A DNA stretch of 64,000 nucleotides, taken from assembly GCA_963628215.1 (NCBI GenBank), contig CAVGEJ010000002.1:4620-68619 (forward strand), read 5' to 3'. The DNA comes from Eubacterium sp. CAG:180 (GTDB taxonomy: Bacteria > Bacillota > Clostridia > Oscillospirales > CAG-272). Of the stretch, positions 1 through 8,031 are shown one piece after another. Position 1 is the first letter of the stretch; every line of letters starts with the position of its first letter. A model generated the notes under the pieces. It worked only from the letters and a program-made list of their open reading frames with translations, did no database searches and was not told where the DNA came from. Position numbers and translations under genes: made by a program.

Positions 1-49
1 TTGCGCATTGGCGCACGACACCCTTTTTGATTTTTCGGGAGGACACAAG

Positions 50-1057
50 ATGGAAGAAAAAACGGTTAAGGGCTTTGCCTATCATGAAACGGGCGCACGG
101 TATGTTGCGCTCTACAGAAACGGCGCTTGGGAAGCGGGACATCTGACCGCCGACCCCAACGTGGTGCTGAACGAATCCGCCTGCGTACTCCAATACGCGC
201 AGACCTGCTTTGAAGGTCTGAAGGCATACCGCACGCCCGAAGGACACACGGTCTGCTTCCGTCCCGACCTCAACGCCGCGCGCCTGCACGATTCCTGCGT
301 GCGGATGATGATCCCGCCCCTGCCCGAGGGAATGTTCGAGGATGCGGTGCGGCAGGCGGTACACGCCAACCGTGACGCGATCCCATCGCTTGAGAGCGGC
401 GGGTCGCTCTATCTGCGCCCCTACGTGTTCGGAACAAATGCGGTGCTCGGGGTCAAACCCGCAACCGAGTTCCAGTTCCGCCTGTTCGCCTCCCCTGTCG
501 GGTCTTATTTTGCGGGCGGCGTCCGACCGCTCCGTATCCGCGTTTCCGATTTCGACCGCGCCGCGCCGCACGGAACGGGACACATCAAGGCAGGCTTGAA
601 CTATGCAATGAGCCTTTACGCAATCGCAGACGCGCATGCGCAGGGCTATGACGAGAATCTGTATGTCGATTCGGCTACGCGAACCTACATTGAGGAAACG
701 GGCGGCGCGAACGTGATCTTCATCACAAAGGACGGCGGGTTGGTTACGCCGCAGTCCCCCACCATCCTGCCCTCCATCACGCGGCGGTCGCTCCTGTATG
801 TTGCGGAGCACTATCTGCACATTTCCGCAGAGGAGCGCCCGGTTCGTCTGGACGAGATCGGAGACTTTACCGAATGCGGCTTATGCGGCACGGCGGCAGT
901 CATCTCTCCCGTCGGAACAATCGACGACCACGGAACGGAATATCACTTCGGCGCGCCCGAGAACCGCTCGGTGATTCACCGTCTTTACACCACCCTGTTG
1001 GCGATCCAACACGGCGAGATTCCCGCGCCGGACGGTTGGCTCGTGCAGGTAGACTAA
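50..1057 (+). CDS. ilvE: branched-chain amino acid aminotransferase (class IV PLP enzyme)
   Basis: ORF 8..1057 (TTG). ATG at 50 has GGGAGG about 8 nt upstream. Motifs CFEGLKAY, SLYLRPY, HIKAGLNY and EETGGANV are typical of IlvE. Confidence 0.9.
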   Translation: MEEKTVKGFAYHETGARYVALYRNGAWEAGHLTADPNVVLNESACVLQYAQTCFEGLKAYRTPEGHTVCFRPDLNAARLHDSCVRMMIPPLPEGMFEDAVRQAVHANRDAIPSLESGGSLYLRPYVFGTNAVLGVKPATEFQFRLFASPVGSYFAGGVRPLRIRVSDFDRAAPHGTGHIKAGLNYAMSLYAIADAHAQGYDENLYVDSATRTYIEETGGANVIFITKDGGLVTPQSPTILPSITRRSLLYVAEHYLHISAEERPVRLDEIGDFTECGLCGTAAVISPVGTIDDHGTEYHFGAPENRSVIHRLYTTLLAIQHGEIPAPDGWLVQVD

Positions 1058-1068
1058 GGAGGCAGAAC

Positions 1069-1980
1069 ATGAAGATTGCGGTAATCGGCGCGGGCGCAAT
1101 GGGGTGTCTCTACGGGAGCATTCTCTCGTCGCACTGCGAGGTCACGCTGTTTGATGTCGCCCCCGCGGTTGTGGATGCCATCAACGCGCACGGCATCCTT
1201 TGTACAGAACCGGACGGGCGGGAGCGCCGTTGCAAAGTTTCCGCACGGCTCACGGGCGACTGCGGCAGCGGTGGGTATGCGTTGGTGATTCTGTTTGTCA
1301 AGGATCTGTACAGCCGCGCGGCGCTGGAAGCAAACCGCGCGCTGATCGGTTCGGATACGCTCCTGCTCTCCCTGCAAAACGGTATGGGCAACGAGGAAAT
1401 CATGCGGGATTTTGCCGCGCCCGAGCGCATTCTGCTCGGCACAACCAAGCACAACTGCGTTACGCGCGAAGCGGGGGTCATTTACCATTCGGGAGCGGGC
1501 ATTACGTATATCGGCTCTCCCGTCGGCAACCATGCAGCGGCGGAAACGGTTGTCTCTCTGTTTGACGGTTGCGGTTTGGAGGCGGATGTCATTGACAGTG
1601 TAAAGCATCTGCTTTGGGAAAAGCTGTTTGTGAACATGACCATCAACCCGCTGACTGCTTTGACGGACACACCGATCAGTGCGATTGCGACCGATCCGCA
1701 TCTGCGGGAGCTTGCCCGCGCGCTGATCGACGAAGCGGTTGCCGTTGCGGCGGCGGACGGCGAGCAATTCGACGTGTCCTCGGTCTTTTCCGCGCTTCTC
1801 CAAATGGCAGAAAAACTTTCCACGGGCAAAGCCTCGATGTGTCAGGATCTCGAACGGAAGCGGCGAACCGAAATCGACTTCATCAACGGCGCTGTCGTTC
1901 GTCTCGGTCAGAAATACCACGTCCCCACCCCGCGCCACGAGGTCATTGTGTCGCTGATCCATGCGAAAGAGGGGGTGTGA
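1069..1980 (+). CDS. panE: 2-dehydropantoate 2-reductase (ketopantoate reductase, ApbA/PanE family)
   Basis: ATG at 1069 after AGGAGG. Rossmann N-terminus MKIAVIGAGAMGCLYG, and a C-terminal TEIDFINGAVV motif. The part of ORF 874..1980 upstream of 1069 overlaps ilvE. Confidence 0.85.
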   Translation: MKIAVIGAGAMGCLYGSILSSHCEVTLFDVAPAVVDAINAHGILCTEPDGRERRCKVSARLTGDCGSGGYALVILFVKDLYSRAALEANRALIGSDTLLLSLQNGMGNEEIMRDFAAPERILLGTTKHNCVTREAGVIYHSGAGITYIGSPVGNHAAAETVVSLFDGCGLEADVIDSVKHLLWEKLFVNMTINPLTALTDTPISAIATDPHLRELARALIDEAVAVAAADGEQFDVSSVFSALLQMAEKLSTGKASMCQDLERKRRTEIDFINGAVVRLGQKYHVPTPRHEVIVSLIHAKEGV

Positions 1981-2176
1981 AAAGGTCGCGGGGCGTTGCC
2001 CCACACCCCATTTAAGGGACTTTTTAAAAAAAGTCCCTTAAAAATCCCCAAAAACTTTCACCCACGGGCAGGATTCCGCAGAGAATCCTGCCCGTGGGTG
2101 AAATTCTTGAAGGTTCTTAGGAAACTTCTTATAAGAAGTTTCCTAAGTAGGGTGCGGGGCAACGCCCCGCGACCTT
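1981..2176. repeat. cluster of five perfect hairpins between convergent panE and ddl (palindromic element cluster A)
   Basis: Stems: GCGGGGC-GTT-GCCCC (1988-2004), TTAAGGGACTTTTT/AAAAAGTCCCTTAA (2013-2040), a 21-bp stem TTTCACCCACGGGCAGGATTC (2056-2103), a 16-bp stem CTTAGGAAACTTCTTA (2117-2148), and GCGGGGC-AAC-GCCCCGC (2154-2170). The outer arms are also mutually complementary. Confidence 0.8.
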
Positions 2177-3214
2177 TCACCTCCCCTTCCGCATCGACAG
2201 CATCAGAATGCGCTCGCAGAGGTCGGGGTAGGAGATGCCGACGGCGGCGGCTTCCTGCGGGAGCAGACTGGTCGGGGTCATGCCCGGGAGCGCGTTCGCT
2301 TCCAGACACCACGGCGTGCCGTTTGCATCCAGAATGAAATCGAAGCGCGCGTAACCGTCAAGGCGCAAAATCTCGAAAGCGCGCAGTGAGAGGGACGAAA
2401 CAAGAGACGTAATCTCTGCGGGAATCTCGGCGGGACAGATTTCAAGCGTTGTCCCCTGATATTTGTTTTTGTAGTCGTAAAATCCGCTCTTCGGAATAAT
2501 CTCAACGGGCGGAAGCGCGCGACCGTCCAGAACGCCGACCGTCAGTTCACGACCGACGATCTTTTTCTCCACCAGAACCCGCCGCCCCCACTTTGCCGCA
2601 TCGGACAGCGCCGCTTCCAGTGCCGCGCGGTCGGAAACGATCGAAACGCCAACGCTGGAGCCGCAGTCATTCGGCTTCACCACGCAGGGCAATCCGATCT
2701 GCGCAATCAGGTCGTCGGGGTTTCCATCCGACGTGTCGTACCATACCCACTCTGGCGTGGGAATGCCCGCGTCGCGGAACAGCCGCTTGGAAAGTTCCTT
2801 ATCCATGGCAAGCAGACAGCCTGCATAGCCCGAACCCGTGTAGCCGATGCCGCAACTGTCCAGATACGCCTGAAGCTGACCGTTCTCCCCCATCGCGCCG
2901 TGAAGCGCGAGGAACACACGGTCGGCGGCTTGGCAGACCCGCGCAACGTTCGGTCCTACCAACGCGTTGCCGATGCCGACCTCACGTCGGAGCGCCTCCA
3001 GATCGGGAACACGATCGGTCACGGTGTGCGTGTAGCGTTCCTCCCCGCGAAAGAGACTGTCAAGATTCTCGGGCAGATCCCGGATTCCGCGATAGACGTC
3101 CAGAAGCAGAACGCGGTGTCCCTTTTCCATCAACGCATTGGCAATCAGACTTCCCGAACTGAGCGACACCTCGCGCTCGGGCGAAAGTCCGCCTGCAAGA
3201 ACTGCAATTTTCAT
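2177..3214 (-). CDS. ddl: D-alanine--D-alanine ligase
   Basis: 345 aa. N-terminus MKIAVLAGGLSPEREVSLSSG, ATP-grasp core, C-terminal LEANALPGMT. Confidence 0.92.
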   Translation of the reverse strand: MKIAVLAGGLSPEREVSLSSGSLIANALMEKGHRVLLLDVYRGIRDLPENLDSLFRGEERYTHTVTDRVPDLEALRREVGIGNALVGPNVARVCQAADRVFLALHGAMGENGQLQAYLDSCGIGYTGSGYAGCLLAMDKELSKRLFRDAGIPTPEWVWYDTSDGNPDDLIAQIGLPCVVKPNDCGSSVGVSIVSDRAALEAALSDAAKWGRRVLVEKKIVGRELTVGVLDGRALPPVEIIPKSGFYDYKNKYQGTTLEICPAEIPAEITSLVSSLSLRAFEILRLDGYARFDFILDANGTPWCLEANALPGMTPTSLLPQEAAAVGISYPDLCERILMLSMRKGR

Positions 3215-3250
3215 ATATGTTCACTCCGTTTTCAATAGACTGCTATCATA

Positions 3251-4072
3251 TTATGCGCCGCGCGTCAGAACGGCAACACGATCCTGCCCGCCGAGATCCC
3301 GTTTCACCTCGCAGGCAAAGCCGTGCGACGCGGCAAGCGCGCGGATTTCCTCGCCTTGGTCGTATCCGATCTCAAACAGGCAGAAGCCGCCGTCGTTGAG
3401 GCACACCTCCGCAAGCCGCAACAGCGCGCGGTAAAAAAACAGACCGTCCGCCCCGCCGTCCAATGCCATGCGCGGCTCGTGCCGTACCTCCGCCGAGAGC
3501 GTGTCCACCACATCCGAGCGGATATATGGCGGGTTGGAAAGAATCGCGTCAAAGCGCCCGAGTTCCCCGGGGGCGGCGGTCAGCAGGTCGGCGCGGAGCA
3601 GGCGGAAACGGTCGGAAACGCCGTTCCGCACCGCATTTTCGGCGGCAATCTCCAAAGCCCCCTGCGAAAGATCCACGCCGAGGGCGCGGGTGTCGGGGCG
3701 CTCCGAGAGCGCGGCAATGCCGATACAGCCGCTTCCCGTGCAAAGATCGGCAAAGTACGCCCCGCGCGGCAGGCGGCGGATTGCTTCCTCAACCAACACC
3801 TCGGTGTCGGCGCGCGGAATGAGACAATCGGGGGAAACGCGGAACGTTCCGCGATAGAAACTCCATGACCCGAGAATGTATTGAAGCGGCTCGTGAGCGA
3901 GCCGCCGTGCAAGCGCGCGCTCCAGAGCGGCGGACGGATAATCACGATCCGGTTCGGACAGAATCCGGGAGCGATCTGCCCCGCAAAGATCCTCGAGAAG
4001 GCATTCCGCTTCGAATTCCGCCGCCTCGATTCCGCCCGCCGACAGTTGCCCGCACAGTTCCCGATATGTCAC
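3251..4072 (-). CDS. prmC: peptide chain release factor N5-glutamine methyltransferase
   Basis: SAM motif DLCTGSGCIG and catalytic NPPY (SNPPYI). A GTG start at 4072 follows GGGGTGG. The rest of ORF 3251..4210 is AT-rich promoter-like sequence. Confidence 0.85.
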   Translation of the reverse strand: MTYRELCGQLSAGGIEAAEFEAECLLEDLCGADRSRILSEPDRDYPSAALERALARRLAHEPLQYILGSWSFYRGTFRVSPDCLIPRADTEVLVEEAIRRLPRGAYFADLCTGSGCIGIAALSERPDTRALGVDLSQGALEIAAENAVRNGVSDRFRLLRADLLTAAPGELGRFDAILSNPPYIRSDVVDTLSAEVRHEPRMALDGGADGLFFYRALLRLAEVCLNDGGFCLFEIGYDQGEEIRALAASHGFACEVKRDLGGQDRVAVLTRGA

Positions 4073-4159
4073 AACGCCACCCCGCTTTCCGATTTCCTTT
4101 ATTTTATCATATTTTTTCGAAAAAATAAAGGGCTTTTGCAATTTTTTTCGGAAAAAGAC

Positions 4160-4188
4160 TTGCTTTTTTGGCGGAAGTATGGTATAAT
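4160..4188 (+). promoter_or_regulatory. sigma-A type promoter for the small-protein/rbfA/nrnA unit
   Basis: TTGCTT (4160-4165), 17-nt spacer, TATAAT (4183-4188) with TGg extended -10. Confidence 0.6.
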
Positions 4189-4236
4189 ACACCCAAGAAT
4201 GATTCCGCAAAGCGGTTTCAAACGGAGGGTTGAAGA

Positions 4237-4500
4237 ATGAAGAAGCAACAGGAAGTTATGGTCGTGAAACGGAGTCGCTCCGGATGGTGGACTGCCATTA
4301 AGACATTGCTCATCCTTGCGGGGTTGGTTTTCATTGCCGTAAAGCTCTACGATAAATTTGTGGCGAAGAAGCAGAAGGCGGTTAATCTGCCGAAGGATAC
4401 GGATTCCGACGAAGCCGGAATGGCGGCAACCGAGGACGAGGACGCGGGCTTTACCGCATCCGCTTCGGACGTTATCTCGAATCCCGAGAATATGGACTGA
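4237..4500 (+). CDS. small membrane protein, acidic C-terminus (hypothetical)
   Basis: 87 aa. GGAGGG RBS. One hydrophobic helix WWTAIKTLLILAGLVFIAV followed by a D/E-rich tail. No family recognised. Confidence 0.55.
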   Translation: MKKQQEVMVVKRSRSGWWTAIKTLLILAGLVFIAVKLYDKFVAKKQKAVNLPKDTDSDEAGMAATEDEDAGFTASASDVISNPENMD

Positions 4501-4587
4501 TTCACTCGCGTATCCGCTACGCTTTGACCGGAGGGAGAATGCCACGGCGTTTTCTCTCCGGTTTCTTCATGAAAGGAAGGAACAGAT

Positions 4588-4968
4588 ATGGCTAAATACA
4601 GGCGCGACCGCATCAACGACGAGATGCGGCGGGAAATGATGGAGATTTTAAGAAAGGTCAAAGATCCGCGCGTGCAGGACGCGTTCATCAGCGTGACGGC
4701 GGTTGACTGCACGGCAGATCTGAAGTACGCAAAAATCTATTACTCCGCCCTGCGGGGGGACGAAAAGGAACTGGCAAAGGGACTCAAGGCGGCAACGGGG
4801 TTCATCCGCCGCGAACTGGCGGCGGGGCTGAACCTGCGCATCACGCCCGAGTTGACCTTTGTGCGGGACAGTTCCATCACCTACGGCGCGCACATTTCGT
4901 CGATTCTGAACACGCTGGATATTTCGGACGAAGAAGAACCGACCGGGGACGGGCAGAGCGATGAATGA
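4588..4968 (+). CDS. rbfA: ribosome-binding factor A
   Basis: 126 aa. RINDEMRREMMEILRKVKDPRV and ISVTAVDCTADLKYAKIYYS are typical of RbfA. Confidence 0.9.
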   Translation: MAKYRRDRINDEMRREMMEILRKVKDPRVQDAFISVTAVDCTADLKYAKIYYSALRGDEKELAKGLKAATGFIRRELAAGLNLRITPELTFVRDSSITYGAHISSILNTLDISDEEEPTGDGQSDE

Positions 4969-5968
4969 CCGGCACTTCTCCCCCATCGCCTTTGAGGCGC
5001 TCTGCGAACGGCTGACCGAGCGGCGGGACACGCTCCTGCTCCTGCACCGCAATCCCGACGGCGACGCGGTCGGGTCGGCTTTCGCCCTGCGCGAACTGCT
5101 GACCTCTCTCGGCAGTCGCGCGTGGTGCATGTGCGAGAGCGAGATTCCCGAGCGCCTGCGCTTCCTCTCCGCCCCTGCGCAGGAAAGCGTTCTGCCCTCC
5201 TCGATTCCTGCCGATTTTTCCGACATGCGGATCATCTCGGCGGACGTTGCCTCCCCCGCCCAACTCGGCGCACTGCGGGAGCGTTTTGAAACGAAAACCG
5301 ATTTCATGATCGACCATCACGGAACCGGAACGCCGTTTGCCGATTTCTACACCGACCCCCGGGCGGCGGCAACCGGCGAGATCGTCTTTGACGTAATCCG
5401 CCGTCTGGAAGGGCAAAACCGTGCGCACATGACCCCGCGCATGGCGGAACTGCTCTATGCCGCCATCAGCAGCGACACGGGCTGTTTCCGCTATTCCAAC
5501 GTCACGCCCGACACGCACCGCCGCGCGGCGGATCTGGTTGCAACCGACATCGACTGCGCCGACATCAACCACCGCCTGTTCGACTCCAAACCGCTCGGAC
5601 TGCTTCGCGCCGAAGCAATGGGCGTGGAACGCCTGCGCGTCAGCCACGGCGGACGGGTGGCGCTGATCGCGATTTCTTACGCGGAACGGGTTGCGGCAGG
5701 TCTGGAGGATCACGACCTCGAAACACTGGTGGACGTCGCGCGCTCCCTTGCGGGCGTTGAGGTGGCGATCTCCCTGCGACAGCCGACCGAAGAAGGCATT
5801 TTCCGCGCGTCGGTACGCTCGTCGGGCGCTTTCAACGCCTCCGCTCTCTGCGCGGGATTCGGCGGCGGCGGGCATGAAAAGGCGGCGGGCTGTACGGTCT
5901 ACGCGCCCGATATCGAAAGCGCGGCGGCAATGCTGCTCGGCGCAATCGATTTTTCTGCGGCAAACTGA
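4961..5968 (+). CDS. nrnA: DHH/DHHA1 family phosphoesterase (NrnA-like oligoribonuclease/pAp phosphatase)
   Basis: 335 aa. HRNPDGDAVGS, MIDHHGTG (DHH) and GGGGHEKAAG (DHHA1) motifs. Overlaps the rbfA stop by 8 nt. Confidence 0.8.
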   Translation: MNDRHFSPIAFEALCERLTERRDTLLLLHRNPDGDAVGSAFALRELLTSLGSRAWCMCESEIPERLRFLSAPAQESVLPSSIPADFSDMRIISADVASPAQLGALRERFETKTDFMIDHHGTGTPFADFYTDPRAAATGEIVFDVIRRLEGQNRAHMTPRMAELLYAAISSDTGCFRYSNVTPDTHRRAADLVATDIDCADINHRLFDSKPLGLLRAEAMGVERLRVSHGGRVALIAISYAERVAAGLEDHDLETLVDVARSLAGVEVAISLRQPTEEGIFRASVRSSGAFNASALCAGFGGGGHEKAAGCTVYAPDIESAAAMLLGAIDFSAAN

Positions 5969-5972
5969 ATAA

Positions 5973-6028
5973 AGACCTCCCAAACAGTCCATGATGGTAT
6001 CATCAAAACATATGGGAGGTCTGTTTTT
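5973..6028 (+). terminator. hairpin plus T-run after nrnA whose 3' arm contains the spoIIR Shine-Dalgarno
   Basis: AGACCTCCCA (5973-5982) pairs with TGGGAGGTCT (6013-6022), followed by GTTTTT and then the ATG at 6029. Confidence 0.5.
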
Positions 6029-6637
6029 ATGCAGAAAAAAGTGATTGTGATCGTGTTGGTTCTGATGGCGGTTTTGCTTGTGGTCGGTCTGTTCCCGGTT
6101 CACGGAGAGGCAAAGATTTACGACAGCGTGGTTCGTCTCCATGTTCTGGCGAATTCCGACAGCGAGAAAGATCAGGCGCGGAAGCTGAAGGTGCGGGACG
6201 CGATTCTGACGGTCACCGCGCCGCTTCTGGAGGATTGCCCCGACCGCGACGCGGCGGAAGCGCTCCTGCGGGCGCACGAAGCCGACATCCTCGCCGCCGC
6301 GCACGAAGCGTTGATTTCGGACGGGCGGGACGAGGCGGTGTCGATCCTGTTCGGCACGGAAAGCTACCCCGAACGTTCCTATGACAGCTTCTGCTTCCCC
6401 GCAGGCGACTACCTCTCCATGCGAGTCTGCATCGGCGAGGCGGCAGGAAAGAACTGGTGGTGCTGTCTCTATCCCCCGCTCTGCCTCGGCGCGGCAAGCG
6501 TCTCGCGCGACAAAGCCGAGGAGGAATTCATTTCGGTGGGGCTGACCCCCTCGCAGTACCGCGTGATTACCGAGACCGACCGTCCCGTCTACCGCGCGCG
6601 CTTCAAACTTCTTGAACTGTTCGGCAAGCGCCGCTGA
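6029..6637 (+). CDS. spoIIR: stage II sporulation protein R
   Basis: 202 aa. N-terminal TM segment, VVRLHVLANSDSEKDQ and NWWCCLYPPLC motifs characteristic of SpoIIR. Confidence 0.88.
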   Translation: MQKKVIVIVLVLMAVLLVVGLFPVHGEAKIYDSVVRLHVLANSDSEKDQARKLKVRDAILTVTAPLLEDCPDRDAAEALLRAHEADILAAAHEALISDGRDEAVSILFGTESYPERSYDSFCFPAGDYLSMRVCIGEAAGKNWWCCLYPPLCLGAASVSRDKAEEEFISVGLTPSQYRVITETDRPVYRARFKLLELFGKRR

Positions 6638-6668
6638 CCGCCAAGCGGGAGAATTTTCCCGATTTTGC

Positions 6669-6697
6669 TTGACAAGCCGCGCAAATTGGTGTATAAT
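6669..6697 (+). promoter_or_regulatory. consensus sigma-A promoter of rnpB
   Basis: TTGACA (6669-6674), 17 nt, TATAAT (6692-6697), 4-5 nt before the RNA 5' stem. Confidence 0.75.
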
Positions 6698-6701
6698 TAA
6701 A

Positions 6702-7055
6702 GTAGCTTCGTTGAACGGTCGCGCGGTATGTTGCCGTAAGGTATTACCGTGAGGAAAGTCCGGGCTTCACAGGACAGGATAGCTGATAACGTCAGCCGCG
6801 GGTAACCGCCGGGAAAGTGCAACAGAAAGAAACCGCCGCTTTTTGCGGTAAGGATGGAAAGGCGAGGTAAAAGCTCACCCGTTCTCATGGTAACATGAGT
6901 CCGCTGTAAACCCTATCCGAAGCAACACCCCAAGGACGGCTTGTCCGGCACATCGTCAGGGGTGGCACGAAGGCTCTGCCTTCGGAGCGTTCCGGTGACG
7001 GAACGCGGAGATTGATGACCGTTCCCGACAGAACCCGGCTTACAGACGAAGCTAC
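6702..7055 (+). ncRNA. rnpB: RNase P RNA (bacterial type A)
   Basis: Universal GAGGAAAGTCCGGGC, GTGCAACAGAAA, GGTAAAAGCTCACC and ACAGAACCCGGCTTA blocks. 5' GTAGCTTCGT pairs with 3' ACGAAGCTAC (P1). Confidence 0.93.
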
Positions 7056-7077
7056 CCCCGCCGCGCGGGGGATTTTT
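7056..7077 (+). terminator. intrinsic terminator of rnpB
   Basis: CCCCGC-CGC-GCGGGG hairpin followed by ATTTTT. Confidence 0.7.
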
Positions 7078-7096
7078 CATAGAAAGGTACGAACCC

Positions 7097-7798
7097 ATGA
7101 AACCACGCCTGCTTTGCGGACTGCTTGTCGCAGCCGCGCTTCTCTGCTCGCTCCCCTCCTGCGCCAAAAAGGAGGTTCTGTATTCGGTCGAGGATGACGA
7201 CCGCATAATCGAAGTGCTCGGCGGCTCGCGCGCATCCTATCTCTCGGTGAAGAAAGACGGCGAAGAGATCTGGCAGACCCGCGTTTACTCCGACCGCACC
7301 GTCGGAAATCGGAACGGTACTTACGGTTTCCGCCTCATGGATCTCAACTTTGACGGCAGAAACGATCTGGTGATCGCCATCACGGCGGACGGCGACGAGG
7401 TAACCGAGCAGGTCTTTTTGCAGACTGCGGACGGCTTTTATCGCGCAAGCAGTGCGTTTGAAGGAAAGCACACGCTCGGCGTGGACGCGCGGCAGGAACT
7501 GGTGTTCGGGTTTACGCACACGGTGGAAACCCTGCGCGACGCGGAATCGGGCGCGACCAGTCAGGTTACAACCGACCGCGCAACCGCCTATTCGTGGCAG
7601 GGAAACGGTCTGGAACCGCGCCGCTATGTCGCGCTGACCTTCTACGGCGCGAACGAACCGAGCCGCCGCTATTGCTACTCGGTTGCCGACTTTGACGAAA
7701 CGACGGGCGCATGGGAATCGCCCTATGACCGCTGGATGTCGCAAGAGGAATACGAACAAGCCGATTTTGAAGGACTTTATTACTTCCGAAACAACTGA
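7097..7798 (+). CDS. putative lipoprotein (hypothetical)
   Basis: 233 aa. Signal peptide with lipobox-like LCSLPSC. One FG-GAP-like DLNFDGRNDLV segment. No confident family. Confidence 0.6.
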   Translation: MKPRLLCGLLVAAALLCSLPSCAKKEVLYSVEDDDRIIEVLGGSRASYLSVKKDGEEIWQTRVYSDRTVGNRNGTYGFRLMDLNFDGRNDLVIAITADGDEVTEQVFLQTADGFYRASSAFEGKHTLGVDARQELVFGFTHTVETLRDAESGATSQVTTDRATAYSWQGNGLEPRRYVALTFYGANEPSRRYCYSVADFDETTGAWESPYDRWMSQEEYEQADFEGLYYFRNN

Positions 7799-7810
7799 AA
7801 CGGCTTTCAT

Positions 7811-7962
7811 CATGGGGTAAAAGTTTTCGCCCGCCTTTTCTAAAAGGCGGCGCGGTCGAGGACGCGGAGTCCTCGTCGCCGTCCGCAGACGGCGAAACTC
7901 CCCTTACGGCGCTTTCTTTTTGCAAAGCTTTTTCTTTGCGCCTACATGGTCAAAGAAAAAGC
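7811..7962. repeat. hairpin cluster B (palindromic element cluster)
   Basis: Serial hairpins GCCCGCC-TTTTCTAAAA-GGCGGCGC, CGAGGAC-GCGGA-GTCCTCG, CGCCGTC-CGCA-GACGGCG, and GCTTTTTCTTTG (7927-7938) with CAAAGAAAAAGC (7951-7962). Begins with CATGGGGTAAAAGTTTT, related to modules in clusters A and E. Confidence 0.6.
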
Positions 7963-7994
7963 GTTAAAAGTGTTTGTACTTTTTCCATAATGTT

Positions 7995-8030
7995 AATCAA
8001 ACGCCCTGCCGCAATGCGGCAGGGCGTTCT
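7995..8030 (-). terminator. intrinsic (bidirectional-looking) terminator after pflB
   Basis: 13-bp stem AACGCCCTGCCGC/GCGGCAGGGCGTT directly after the pflB TAA, flanked by T-rich sequence on both strands. Confidence 0.75.
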
Positions 8031-8031
8031 T

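Noticed and set aside
874-1068. N-terminal extension of the panE ORF. Similarly 21740..22081 for nadD, 10291..10323 for pflB and 11043..11270 for pflA.
   Set aside because: The extensions overlap the preceding genes and lack family similarity. Internal ATGs with good SD sequences coincide with the conserved protein N-termini.
1996-2337. ORFs 1996..2337 (+) and 2058..2312 (-) across the panE/ddl spacer
   Set aside because: They simply translate the palindromic hairpin cluster and run into ddl antisense. No RBS.
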